From positions 6,758,001-6,822,000 of the forward strand of contig NC_043008.1 of NCBI RefSeq assembly GCF_006345805.1: DNA of 64,000 nt. Reading direction: 5' to 3'. This document shows positions 53,276-64,000 of this stretch, piece by piece. Within the stretch, counting starts at the first letter, position 1, and each line of letters begins with the position of its first letter. Below the pieces are notes generated by a model. That model made no database searches. It saw nothing but the letters and a program-made list of their open reading frames with translations, and was not told where the DNA came from. Both the position numbers and the translations under genes were made by a program. The DNA comes from Octopus sinensis (taxonomy: Eukaryota).

Positions 53276-54377
53276 CGCGAGTGTCGCGTTGCTCTCAAGC
53301 AACTCTGCCGCCGTCCTGGGTCGACCTTAGTGACTTCAACACAACCAAGCATTCTATGGGGTTTAGTGGAGGGGAGGTACGACGACGAGCTCGGGGCGAA
53401 CCTGACGTCGACGAGGAGTACCTGACCCGCCTGTTCGGGACGACTTTTCGGGCCAGGGCCCATGGACAACTTCCAGAGATCCCTGGCCTGGCAGTGCTAC
53501 CGAGAAGCGCTACCCGTTCGGGATAAGCTCTACAGACACGGCTCGAGAAACACGGGGCCGACCTGCCCGAGATGCGGTCAGAGCGACGAAACCGTTCTGC
53601 ACGCACTCGTTCAGTGTCCAACATTTCCGACCTGTGGGCTTATGTCGAACAACTGCTGTCACGTGTGGGACGAGTCGGTTTATCAGCTGAGTCTATCGTC
53701 AATATTGTCACGCGCCTCCTTCCTTCAAACGGGAAGAAAGAGCTATTTTCATCATCCTTGTGGCTATGGCGAAAGAATGTATCTGGTGGACGCGTCTGAA
53801 AGGATTGGAGACAAACACTTTCCTCTCTGGTCAATCTCTCATCAACTTCTTCAAGTACCACTTGAAAAGGAAAGTGAGAGTAGAGAGGCAAGTTTTGTCT
53901 AGCGAATGTTTTAAAAAAAAGATGGGTGAATGTAGCAAGAATGGCACGTATGAATGACGAAGCCACCTTGAGCATAGTCCTATGAACCCAGAAATCGAAA
54001 ACAGAGAGTTGCTTATTTGCAAAAAAAAAAAAAAAAAAAAAAAAGAAATATAAAATGTGACTTCATTGACCAAGGTTACCGTGGTCTTTTCCGTAGGCTT
54101 TTCTTTCACGGGTAAACCTCACCTGTCCTCCCCTTTACACTTCATATTGACATTTCTGTGATAACGATCCTTATTGATCAATTTTTTTTTCCTCTCCCCC
54201 TTTTTTTTTTTTTTAACCCCCCTTTTTTTGTCCTCTTTCTCTCCTTTTACGATCCCTTTTGATCGAAACTCCCCCTTCCTTTTTTTTTTTTTTTTTTTTT
54301 GTTTAAACCTTCAAAAGAAAAGCTCTCCTTGTAATTTGTTCTATCTGTGTGCAGCCCTGTGTGCTAATAAAGAAACA
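53276..54377 (+). mobile_element. 5'-truncated L1/Tx1-like LINE (ORF2 C-terminal zinc finger + 3' UTR) inside (ATCT)n
   Basis: SLAWQCYREALPVRDKLYRHGSRNTGPTCPRCGQSDETVLHALVQC (CCHC, zf-RVT-like), then AKECIWWTRLKG. Frameshifted. T-rich UTR ends aataaagaaa. (TCTA)n on both flanks. Confidence 0.9.
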
Positions 54378-54409
<32 letters not shown>

Positions 54410-54461
54410 ATCTATCTATCTCAGTATATATATAATGTGTGTGTGTATTTTTTTTTTTATT

Positions 54462-54754
54462 TTGCGCCCTTTTCAAGCCTAGCCAGGCTCATGGGCCAGG
54501 TTTCCCGGTTTCTGTGGCGTATGTGTTCCCCCCAGCTGGACGGGATGCCAGTTCATCGCAGCATTACTCAAGAAACAGGAAGAGAGAGGGAGAGAAAGAA
54601 TACAACAGGGGTCACCATCACCCCCTACCGGTGCCTCGTGGGGCTTTTAGGTGTTTTCGCTCAATAAACACACACAACGCCCTGTCTGGGAATCGAAACC
54701 GCGATCCTCCGACCGCGAGTCCGCTGCCCTAACCACTGGGCCATGGCGCCTCCA
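54462..54754 (-). mobile_element. SINE with family C head and the V-like tail of the 23137 element
   Basis: 54462-54562 aligns with 23144-23242. 54600-54754 aligns with the head at 45650. Confidence 0.9.
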
Positions 54755-54755
54755 T

Positions 54756-54793
<38 letters not shown>

Positions 54794-55539
54794 GGTGCTG
54801 CAGCATGAACGCAGCCGCATGGCTGAAATGAATAAAGGAATAAAAGAATGCATATTCAAGCATGCATACATTTATTCATACATGCACGTAACACGCGCGC
54901 GCGTGCACACACATATGGGTATGTGTGTATATGCATGTATATATATATATATATGTATATATATACATATATACATATGTCTATGCATGCCTGCGTATGC
55001 ATATATGAGTGCAGCTCTGCATGTCTATATCTATACATCTATGCACAAGACATTTGCAAATTCTTTCTGATTTTTCCGGTTGACTTTGCCTCGGATTTCG
55101 CTTCCATGTTTGCAGCGCGTTTGCAAGACGATATTTACAGACTCAAGTTTCCTAACGCTGCGTCACGCATGCATACGTATCCACATCCACGCGCACAGCC
55201 ACACAGCCACACAGCCACACAAACACTCAAACGCATAACTAGTTATATTAGCATGTTGATAGGTTCGCACGCATGTCTCTGCAGGAATGCATAACAGAGG
55301 CCTAAATTGATTAATACCTCGAGAGAAAGATAGCCGAGACCATAGCATCAACTAACGCTAAATGATTAACCTTATGTTTGTAGGTTTTGGAAAATTCTCA
55401 ACGTTAGAATATCTAACATACGGTGTATATCTACAGACTGTGCATAAAGCGATTGCTGAAGATGCTGTTGGTCTGGAATCGGACTGCTCTGCCAAGCAGT
55501 TCAGGCATTTAACAGAAGGCTGATAATTATCTCTTTCTC

Positions 55540-55598
<59 letters not shown>

Positions 55599-55931
55599 TA
55601 TCCAAGAGAGTTAGAGGTTGTGAACCCACCAAGTAAGTGATAATATCTATCCAATATACTGCTGCTGGTAGAATACCCAATTATCAATACACAGGTGTTT
55701 TTTATTGCATTGTAATTACATTACCGAGTGTACTAAATGGGTGAGAGTAATAATTACTGGTATCTATATATTTTATTTGTAAAGCATAATATGTTATACA
55801 TGTATGTATATTCTTGTAATTGTCATTTTAGTAAATAAATAAATTGACATAATATAATGTCTAAAAGTTGATGAACCACTTATTGATCCCCTCCATTTTC
55901 TTAATACTCTTTCTCTCTCTCTCTCACTATA

Positions 55932-55977
<46 letters not shown>

Positions 55978-55990
55978 ATATATAGTTGTT

Positions 55991-56145
55991 GGTACTCCGT
56001 CGGTTACGACGACGAGGGTTCCATTTGATCCAATCAACGGAACAGCCTGCTCGTGAAATTAACGTGCAAGTGGCGGAGCACTCCACAGACACCTGTACAC
56101 TTAACGTAGTTCTTGGGGAGATTCAGTATGACACAGAGTGTGACA
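55991..56145 (-). mobile_element. SINE tail D fragment (uninterrupted)
   Basis: Colinear with 19843-19951 plus 20137-20185, without the A2 insert. Confidence 0.85.
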
Positions 56146-56154
56146 GATATTATG

Positions 56155-56335
56155 AGAAGGGAAGGTAGTCGGTTAAACCATTCCAAGTATCACACTGGTC
56201 TTTATTTTATGGCCACCGATGAACTGAATTCAATGTTGACTTAGGCTGGAATTGAACTAAGAACGTAAATAGATGGAACTACAATAGCACAACGCACTTA
56301 ATATGGATACTTTATCGATTTTAACACTCCACTGC
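56155..56335 (-). mobile_element. Old, decayed SINE A-like copy
   Basis: actggtctttatttta..ggaattgaactaagaacgtaaa resembles family A. Confidence 0.5.
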
Positions 56336-57934
56336 CTTTCAAATTTACGAATATATTATCTAACACATGCTTATGACGTCCAATTCTGCGTGGTTTCTCC
56401 TTCTGATTATATTATTATTATTATTATTATTATTATTCAATGAAGTGGTCTTTGCATGCAGCATTCAATGTAGTATAAAGCTATTCACTACATATATAGA
56501 GAACACCTCCTTCTCTACCTTTCATCACAATGCAATAGAGCGTTATATATATGTACATATAATATATATATATATATTATATATATATATATATATAATA
56601 TATATATATATAATATATATATATTGTATAAGATGGAGTCGTTTGTATATTTCTGTACTCCAAGTTGATGTTAGTGTCTGACTCAAGATGGCGTCCAACT
56701 GCGATATTTCAATATTTCTATATTAACTACAAGATAATTTCTCTATCAACCTTGCTTTGCAAAAGAAGTGGGGACGTTGCTAGACAAGCTACCGATGCTG
56801 CTACTAACACTACTGCTACTGTTATTGTTATCATGGTGGAATTTGGTGATATTGTTGTTGTTGCTTTTGCTATGCTATATACTATTTGATGGTCAGGTAC
56901 ATAATTATAAAGCGGTTTTATTAAATTCCTTTACTGTTAAGCAGCCATTTGCCGCTAACCGAAACACTAAATGGAGAAAAATTTTCTTTACAACCACGTT
57001 AGCCTTGCAGTAATCAGAAAATCTTTGCTTCTAAAGATGTTAGAAGCGAACAAAAATGAGAGAAAGCAAATTATAGAATGTCGAGAAGAAACGAAGAATT
57101 GAAAGAGTGAAAGAAATATCTTCGAAGACAAGAAAACAATAGTTAAGAATGTTAATTCTACCATAATTGCTAATAATTATAATTTCTTAGGTCTTGTTGT
57201 TGTTGTTGGTAGGAGAGCTGGGTTGGCGACAAATGTGTAACTTGCGGTGTTTCTTGAGAAACAGTGCTATGTTAACATTCTTCTTACACAGTTATGGATA
57301 AATTCATCGGCATCGAAGTACTGGGCTTTGTGAAATACTTCGTAGGTTCTTTTACCCTTTCCTGCCACCCACTCAGGTCGTTTCTTTTGACAGACAACGT
57401 TTGCAATTTATAGACTGTAAGTGTTGTTGGTGTTATTGTTGGTGCTGTAATTTCTATTCCGTAGATTTTTACCATTTAAATTAAAATTCCAAATACTATT
57501 TCCCTCGCATTTTCTCTTCAGAAATCAAGTGTTTATTGATTTTCTGTTTATATATATTTCATAATTTCGCTGCATTTTGTGTGCTTTAAAATTTCTATTT
57601 TCTCTTCTTTTGTTAAAGATAGAATTGGGACCGTGTACTTTGACTGCACAACCGCAGCGGCGACGCTCTTTTCCAGCTACCTCTGATCCATTCTTGCAAC
57701 ACGTGTAAATATAACGTGATATTTTGCATCCCCACCTCACAAAAAACCCCAGCTGGGTTACCTAAAAATAACCTTTCTTCCTTCCTACTGAATGAGTCAG
57801 ATCGAAAAATTTCATTCAGTAAAATTCTCTTAAAATCTCTTTATTCACAAGGGAATCTGATCTAAAGTTATTCTATTCACAATGCTCTATCAGATACTTT
57901 TGTTCACTTTAAATAATAATAATAATAATGATAA

Positions 57935-58477
57935 TTGCCCTGATGCAGTACCAGGCACTGGCTCTCATGGCTTCTGATCTTAACTGATTGGAAGTGTTAG
58001 CATGTACATTGTTTTGTCTTGGTATAAAAGATGAGCTACAGCAAATATTCTGCTCAATACCACAGATTTACTTGTCAGCTGCTTGACCATAACCAGTTGA
58101 GCATGTTCTTTGTTCAATTTTAATCACAAGCAGAAATAGTGGGGGAGCATCATAGCCCTGTGTTAAGAGGAATTCTTTGGAGTTTGAATAAGTCATCTCT
58201 GGAAACATGGGTGTTTCGTTCAACATCTTTAAACAACCTTTATTTAAGGACCTTTTGAGCGGGTTGGGCTACTCGACCCGAAGAAAAAATTCTAACTGGG
58301 CCCCACCTGCAAGGTCATGCGCTATTAATCTTGATATGAGATCACCATGTCGCACACATATGGTTATGATGCATGTGCCTGGTGTACCCTTATCAGACGG
58401 GTAGTCATGATGGGTATACTGGGCTTCGTATATTTTACCCCAGTATCACTTTGATGGCATGCACTGCTCTCTCACTC
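57935..58477. mobile_element. Unclassified 540-bp insert bounded by (AAT)n on both sides
   Basis: Sharp boundaries with (AAT)n, higher GC than the surroundings, several hairpins near the right end. Single copy in this window. Confidence 0.45.
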
Positions 58478-58529
58478 AATAATGATAATACTAATACTAA
58501 TAATGGCAATAATAATAATAATAATAATG

Positions 58530-58565
<36 letters not shown>

Positions 58566-58732
58566 GTGATGACGATGGCTACATCCATCGATTTCGATGT
58601 GTGAGTGCTTGAAGGAAAGGATGATATATATATATAAGGATTAAAAAAAGAAGCTGCATCTATTTGCAATAGATATGAGGATGTAATTTGACTCCGAGCA
58701 TGGATTTTGCTGATAATAAAATAATAATAATA

Positions 58733-58784
<52 letters not shown>

Positions 58785-58785
<1 letters not shown>

Positions 58786-59205
58786 CGTAGATTATAGATA
58801 TTGCAATACCTGGAGACGCACGCATACGGGACAAAGAAAAGATTGAAAAGTACAGGCTACTAAAAGACGGAATTGCAAGAATATAGACTATGTGGAGAGT
58901 GTCTTTTGTTCCAGTGGTTGTAGGGGCACTCGGAACCCTAACAACCAAATTCGAGAAATATGTCAAAGATATCGGAATTGACATGGGAGCAGAGCAAGCC
59001 CCCCAAAGTGCTCTCCTGGAGACAGCTAGGGTTTTGAGATTGGTACTTCGATGTTGAATGCCTTCCACGATAATTAACAACCAAGTATCAAAGCTTATAA
59101 TGTGCGGGAAGTGATGCTGTGAGACCTCTGACAATAGGCTTCTGGCTGCTCTCGCAAACTCAATCAGAGCAAACAAAACAGAGCGCTCTGAGAAGTAAAA
59201 CAATA
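58785..59205 (+). mobile_element. R4/Dong-clade non-LTR retrotransposon 3' end (restriction-like endonuclease C-terminus)
   Basis: 58791-59057 reads IIDIAIPGDARIRDKEKIEKYRLLKDGIARI*TMWRVSFVPVVVGALGTLTTKFEKYVKDIGIDMGAEQAPQSALLETARVLRLVLRC*. Flanked by (AAT)n. Confidence 0.9.
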
Positions 59206-59217
59206 GTAATAATGGCT

Positions 59218-59830
59218 TTTTTCTTTATTGGCCAGAAGAGCCAATAAAAAAGTACTGCAAACATAGGCAGTATGCAAACCAGGAAAACACAGAGTTTGCT
59301 CATATACACAGATTTACATAGATAAACGGAAAACAAAAATGTAATGCGGTAACGAGGAGGTTTATCAATGAATACTTCCCCAAAAGGTGTGAGGGGCGTG
59401 ACTTTGATGGCTAGCCCTGGAAATCCTACAAAAGCATGGTTATCCTGGCCTTTTAAGAAAGCGCTTTTCCCATTCTATCCTTTTAAAATATAAAAGCGCA
59501 TGCTCAAAGCAGGCACGTTCACTTGAATAATGATCGCCACTCTCATTCACATTTAAACGGATTTGCTGGATGACAGCACATCTCTCTTCGCCCTCACATT
59601 TTTTTTTGAATTGAAATCTGAAAAAGTTGGTGTGAGTTTGACCAAAGAGGAAAGTGTCTGCCTTCAGCCCTCCCAGTCTCGTCCAGCATACAGCCTCTTT
59701 TTTCGATGTGGCCAACAGACAGCAAAAGGCATTTTGACTCGTAAACTTAACTACTGACTGAATCGACTTTGCAAGCACTCAGTAATGAAGTGGACAATTG
59801 TCTCCTCGTGCTGATTATATAACCTGCATT
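59218..59830 (-). pseudogene. L1/Tx1-like LINE 3' fragment, third copy
   Basis: KEAVCWTRLGGLKADTFLFGQTHTNFFRFQFKKK is homologous to the 53760 frame. The minus-strand 3' end is ggccaataaagaaaaaa. Confidence 0.8.
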
Positions 59831-61039
59831 TGATCCTATCTTGTACCGTATTTTTGCTTTTTCGCTTTAATGCTAATGGTGGTGATGGCGGTTTTTAGCG
59901 TTTTCTGACATGTTTACTCCAGCTCCCTCAACGTCGTTTAGCTTTTAAATTTTTACATGAACATGCCTGTTTACAACCCAAGTGAGATTTATTTGTCACC
60001 TTAGTTAAAAAAAAAAAAGTAAAAAGAAACAGAATTGAAATTTTAGAAATTTTTTTCTTTGTTCGACATGACATCGCTGGATATTAGCGCTTCCTTCCGA
60101 AAATGAATATTTTTATATGTTGAGTCACGTAAATTACTTTTAAAATGCATGTACAGTTTATTTAAACTATTTTCGCCCCACCTTCTCGAAAAAAGAAAGA
60201 ATTTTATTAGAGATATTTAACTTTAGTTTGATTTGATTTAATTCAATGGCCGCAAATCAACAAGGAAGGCCCCCGCCGGCAACAAACATTCCAGCGGACC
60301 AGAAGCCAAAAATCATGACAAGACCTGCATTGCAACCACCCATTCACGATTTAGAAACGGAAAACATTGAGTTTTCCGCAAAAGGTCACAACGACAACCA
60401 CGCTAACACTCACAGACTGACCATTTCCTGGAAGAGAACTACACAAATGGAGATAGATTTTTTCCCCAAAATTTAATCCGATATTAAAATTTTAAACATT
60501 GTAAAAAAAAAAAGCACAATTCAAACTGGAGTTTTGACAAAAATTTAGTAAATAAGAACTCCATGTCTTGCACGGTATTATGTTTGTGGCACGATATAAG
60601 CGGCCAATAAATACAGAATTAACAATGACTGATGTGGGTGGTCGGTTGTTGACTACATTATATGATTATTCTTTTTGGTTTCTCAAGATTAAAGAAAATG
60701 TTCCCCGAAGAGAACGCTGGTGTAAAACGATGAAATTAGTGATGCACGGTAGAAAGCTCAATTATTTCACTAAAGAGGCCAAAATTCAATAGTGAATTTT
60801 GCTACCCGAGGAACTGGAAAGATAAAGAGAGAAGGAAAAAGCAGTATAGACAACTGTACCAGTAGCACCACCAGTCGCACAATCGGTTGCAGCTCCGAGA
60901 GTAACTGGTGAACCCGCCTCGCAGCAGCACCATTCCATGGTCTTCTGATGATGATGATGAGGATGAGCGCGACTATGATGGGCAAACCACTAACGAGAGA
61001 GCAGCAAATGTGAAGAAAATTGTAAGATGCCATAACAGA

Positions 61040-61415
61040 AGTCGAGGCTGTGCGGTAAGAAGCTTGTTAGCTGCAGCGTACTGCTGGTAAGAAAGTTGCT
61101 TCACAACCACATAGCTATCGGTTCAGTCCTACTGTGTGGCACCTTGGGCAAGTATTTTCAGTTCTATCCTAGGTCCGATCAAAACTTTGTGAGTGGATTT
61201 GGTAGACAGAAACTGAAAGAAGTCAATTGTGTGTGTCTTTGTATCTGTTTGTCTCTACCACCGCATGACAATCTGTGCTGGATTGTTTATGTCTCCGTAA
61301 CCTAGCGATTCGGCAAAAGAGATCATTAGAATAAGTACCAGGTTTCAAAAAATATACTGGTGTTGATTTATTCGACTAAAATTTCTTTAAGGCGGTGCCC
61401 CAGTATGGCCTCAGT
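61040..61415 (+). mobile_element. SINE B, diverged
   Basis: ggttcagtcctactgtgtggcaccttgggcaagt..gaaactgaaagaag..ggcggtgccccagtatggcc. Confidence 0.85.
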
Positions 61416-61656
61416 CCGTAGATTATTTGCTACGGGCCCGCAAAGAAATAATTAACTTGTTTAAAATTATAGATCAGCTAAATTGAATATTGGACTAAAA
61501 CTTTAAAATATTTGTTTAAAATATTCAATATTCATCTACTCAATATTATCTTTCATATCTCTAAGTGTATTTCATAATTAATGTATATCCTTATAATTAA
61601 TGCATATTTTACGTCTTACTTTATTATCTATCATAACTGTAAACACATTTTACAAT

Positions 61657-61710
<54 letters not shown>

Positions 61711-61930
61711 TATATTATTTATTTCCGATAATTTTCAACTAATTTTCTAACCCCAACTAATTTTCCGATTTTAAAGAATTTCGGTGCATGTGAGTCAAAA
61801 GATTACATACTTTTTCTTCTTTTAATAAATTGATCTTTTTAAAATTATTGCTCATTTCATCGAAATGTACTTAAATTACACATATGTACCACTACCGGTC
61901 CGTGGCATAGTAAAAGGTTGGAGAATACTG
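61416..61930. mobile_element. hAT-type MITE, right-hand portion
   Basis: Ends ccggtccgtggcatagtaaaaggttggagaatactg, a Charlie-like terminus. The left end was not found. Confidence 0.5.
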
Positions 61931-62180
61931 ATTTGAATGAAATGCACAAGGAATTTAAAGTAGACAAATCCTAATAGGCTTCTGTTATTTAGAACATATT
62001 AGGGACAAATTAATCGTTTATCTGCTGCAATGTGATAACTAGAACCAAGACATGAAGACGATGATGCCCGTTCTGACAGTTGAGGCTTTAGCGATCTGTT
62101 TCTAGACGCCAAGTCATCGGTAGTTAAAGATGTAAGCGTTCAGAGATGATAGAGATATGGAGTGTTATGAAACAACATAG

Positions 62181-62563
62181 TTTCTACTCTAGGCACAAGG
62201 CCCGAAATTTTGGTGGAGGGGGCCAGTCGATTAGATCGACCCCACTACGCATCTGGTAGTTAATTTATTGACCCAGAAAGGATAAAAGGCAAAGTCGACC
62301 TCGGCGGAATTTGAACTCAGAACATAAAGACAGACGAACTACCTATTTCTATTTCTTTACTACCCACAAGGGGCTAAACACAGAGAGGACACACAAGGAC
62401 AGACGAACGGATCAAATCGATTATATCGACCCCAGTGCGTAACTGGTACTTAATTTATCGACCCCGAAAGGATAAAAGGCAAAGTCGACCTCGACGGAAT
62501 TTGAACTTAGAACATAAAGACAGACGAACTACCGCTCAGCATTTCGCCCGGCATGCAAACGTT
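62181..62563 (-). mobile_element. SINE A1/A2 nested dimer (junction at 62343/62344)
   Basis: cagacgaactacc occurs on both sides of the A2 module. Confidence 0.9.
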
Positions 62564-64000
62564 TGGAGGCAATACAATTTTAAGCATGTGTTTTAGCTAT
62601 TTTGTGTTTTGCCATACAATTACCAAAGTTTAAATTCTGTCTGTCTGTCTGTCTGTCTCTCACACACACATAATTGGCTTATATACAATATACACATTTG
62701 TGTGTGCGTGGGTGCCTTTTCTGCTTAAATATGTAAACATGCACTAATGAAATACTAATATAAATATATATATTATATGGTGAAATGTGTATATGTGCAG
62801 AAAGAAGTGTGTGTGTTTGTATGAGAGAGTAAGAGAGAGACAGAGAGAGAGAAAGAGAGAGAGACAGAGAGAGACAGAGAAAGAGAGAGAGAGAGAGAGA
62901 AATAAGGAGAGAAAGAAAGAGATGAACGAATGAGATGGTGTAAAATTGTCTGCAGCCAAGAGGAAGGAGAATGCATGTCTCGAATGATTTGCGATATAGT
63001 ATTTAGGTTCGGGAGATTGGTTATTATATCGAACCAGCAAACGATGAATTGTAAAACAGAACCAAAAACATAGGAGAAGAATAACAACATCAACAAAAGC
63101 GGGATATTTGAAAAAAAAAAAGAAAAAGTAAAGAAAAATCCCCCTCCTAAATTGCGAAGTAAAACGGAGGTGTCATGATTACTTCCGGAAATAATGCGAA
63201 ATTCACTAAATTCGTGGAAGGTTTAATTTGAAATAAATTAACTGAGTTATAAAACATTTGAGAACAATTGTGACTATTATGAAGATTTGAATATGCAATA
63301 AATATGAGTTTGGTTTAATAACACTCCATTTAAAAATCTTTCCTTTTGTAATTGAATAATCAGTTTAAATATTCAAATAAAAATGAAATAATTACGTGAT
63401 TTGTTTTTGGTATAATGTTGCGTTTAATTATAATTAAGCGAAATTATAAAAAATGCAAAAAGTAGTCCAAACTTTGGAACGATGTAGTGACACACAGCGT
63501 ATAACCATATTGACCCTTTATCTAAAGAGATGGCTATTGGTCTTCTTAAATATCTCTCTGCCTTCCCATGCCCTCTGTCCCCCTCTCTTCCCTCTCAGAT
63601 ACATAAATACAAACGTACAGAAGAATCGTTTGAAAGTCATAATATCCATAATCTCCCGTTCCTCTAGATTAGAGGTGCACCCTCTTTGCTGTAGATATAA
63701 TACATAGCGTTTGATTGAAAGCCATGAGTTCAATCGCATTTTCTCGACATCTTTTATCACAAAACAAGTCATTGACTTTCATCCAGAGAAACTATGTCGT
63801 TCACCGATATATGGCCAAATAGTTCTACACACACACACATTTATTCATTCATAAGCCTGAGGGAGAGAGAGAGAGAGATGGGAGGAGGAGGGGGTATATA
63901 TCGTTCAGAGATGAGAGAAACGCAAATGTACCCTACCACATATGTCCATTTTAAGAATGAATATCCGAGTGAAACAAGAGTAAAGGCCTGGGAAAGCCAC

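Noticed and set aside
58472-59203. 243-aa minus-strand ORF
   Set aside because: It is the antisense of the R4/Dong fragment plus (ATT)n.

Overview
This is eukaryotic, AT-rich, repeat-saturated non-coding DNA, most likely intergenic or intronic sequence from a coleoid cephalopod (Octopus-like). That assignment is inferred from the SINE families and the extreme TA/CA/GATA/AAT microsatellite load. I can support no intact host gene, rRNA, bona fide tRNA or CRISPR array, and almost all ORFs in the track are microsatellite or SINE translations. Contents: (i) many copies of several tRNA-headed SINE families (my labels A1/A2/A3, B, C, plus a CORE/V-like element); (ii) decayed LINE fragments: three from one L1/Tx1-like family, several RTE-like, one R4/Dong-like; (iii) Tc1/mariner and hAT-type remnants and MITEs; (iv) several Penelope-type minimal hammerhead-ribozyme (HHR) motifs; (v) minisatellites. 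Four observations stand out. SINE A2 shares its 3' end with a Tx1-like LINE in the window and repeatedly sits in front of GGTA(T/G) inside other SINEs, suggesting a target-biased SINE that nests in SINEs. A tRNA-headed SINE carries a hammerhead motif. A near-intact HHR lies in a 432-bp terminally redundant unit. One SINE head is joined to three different tails. All alignments were done by eye, and boundaries are approximate unless stated.
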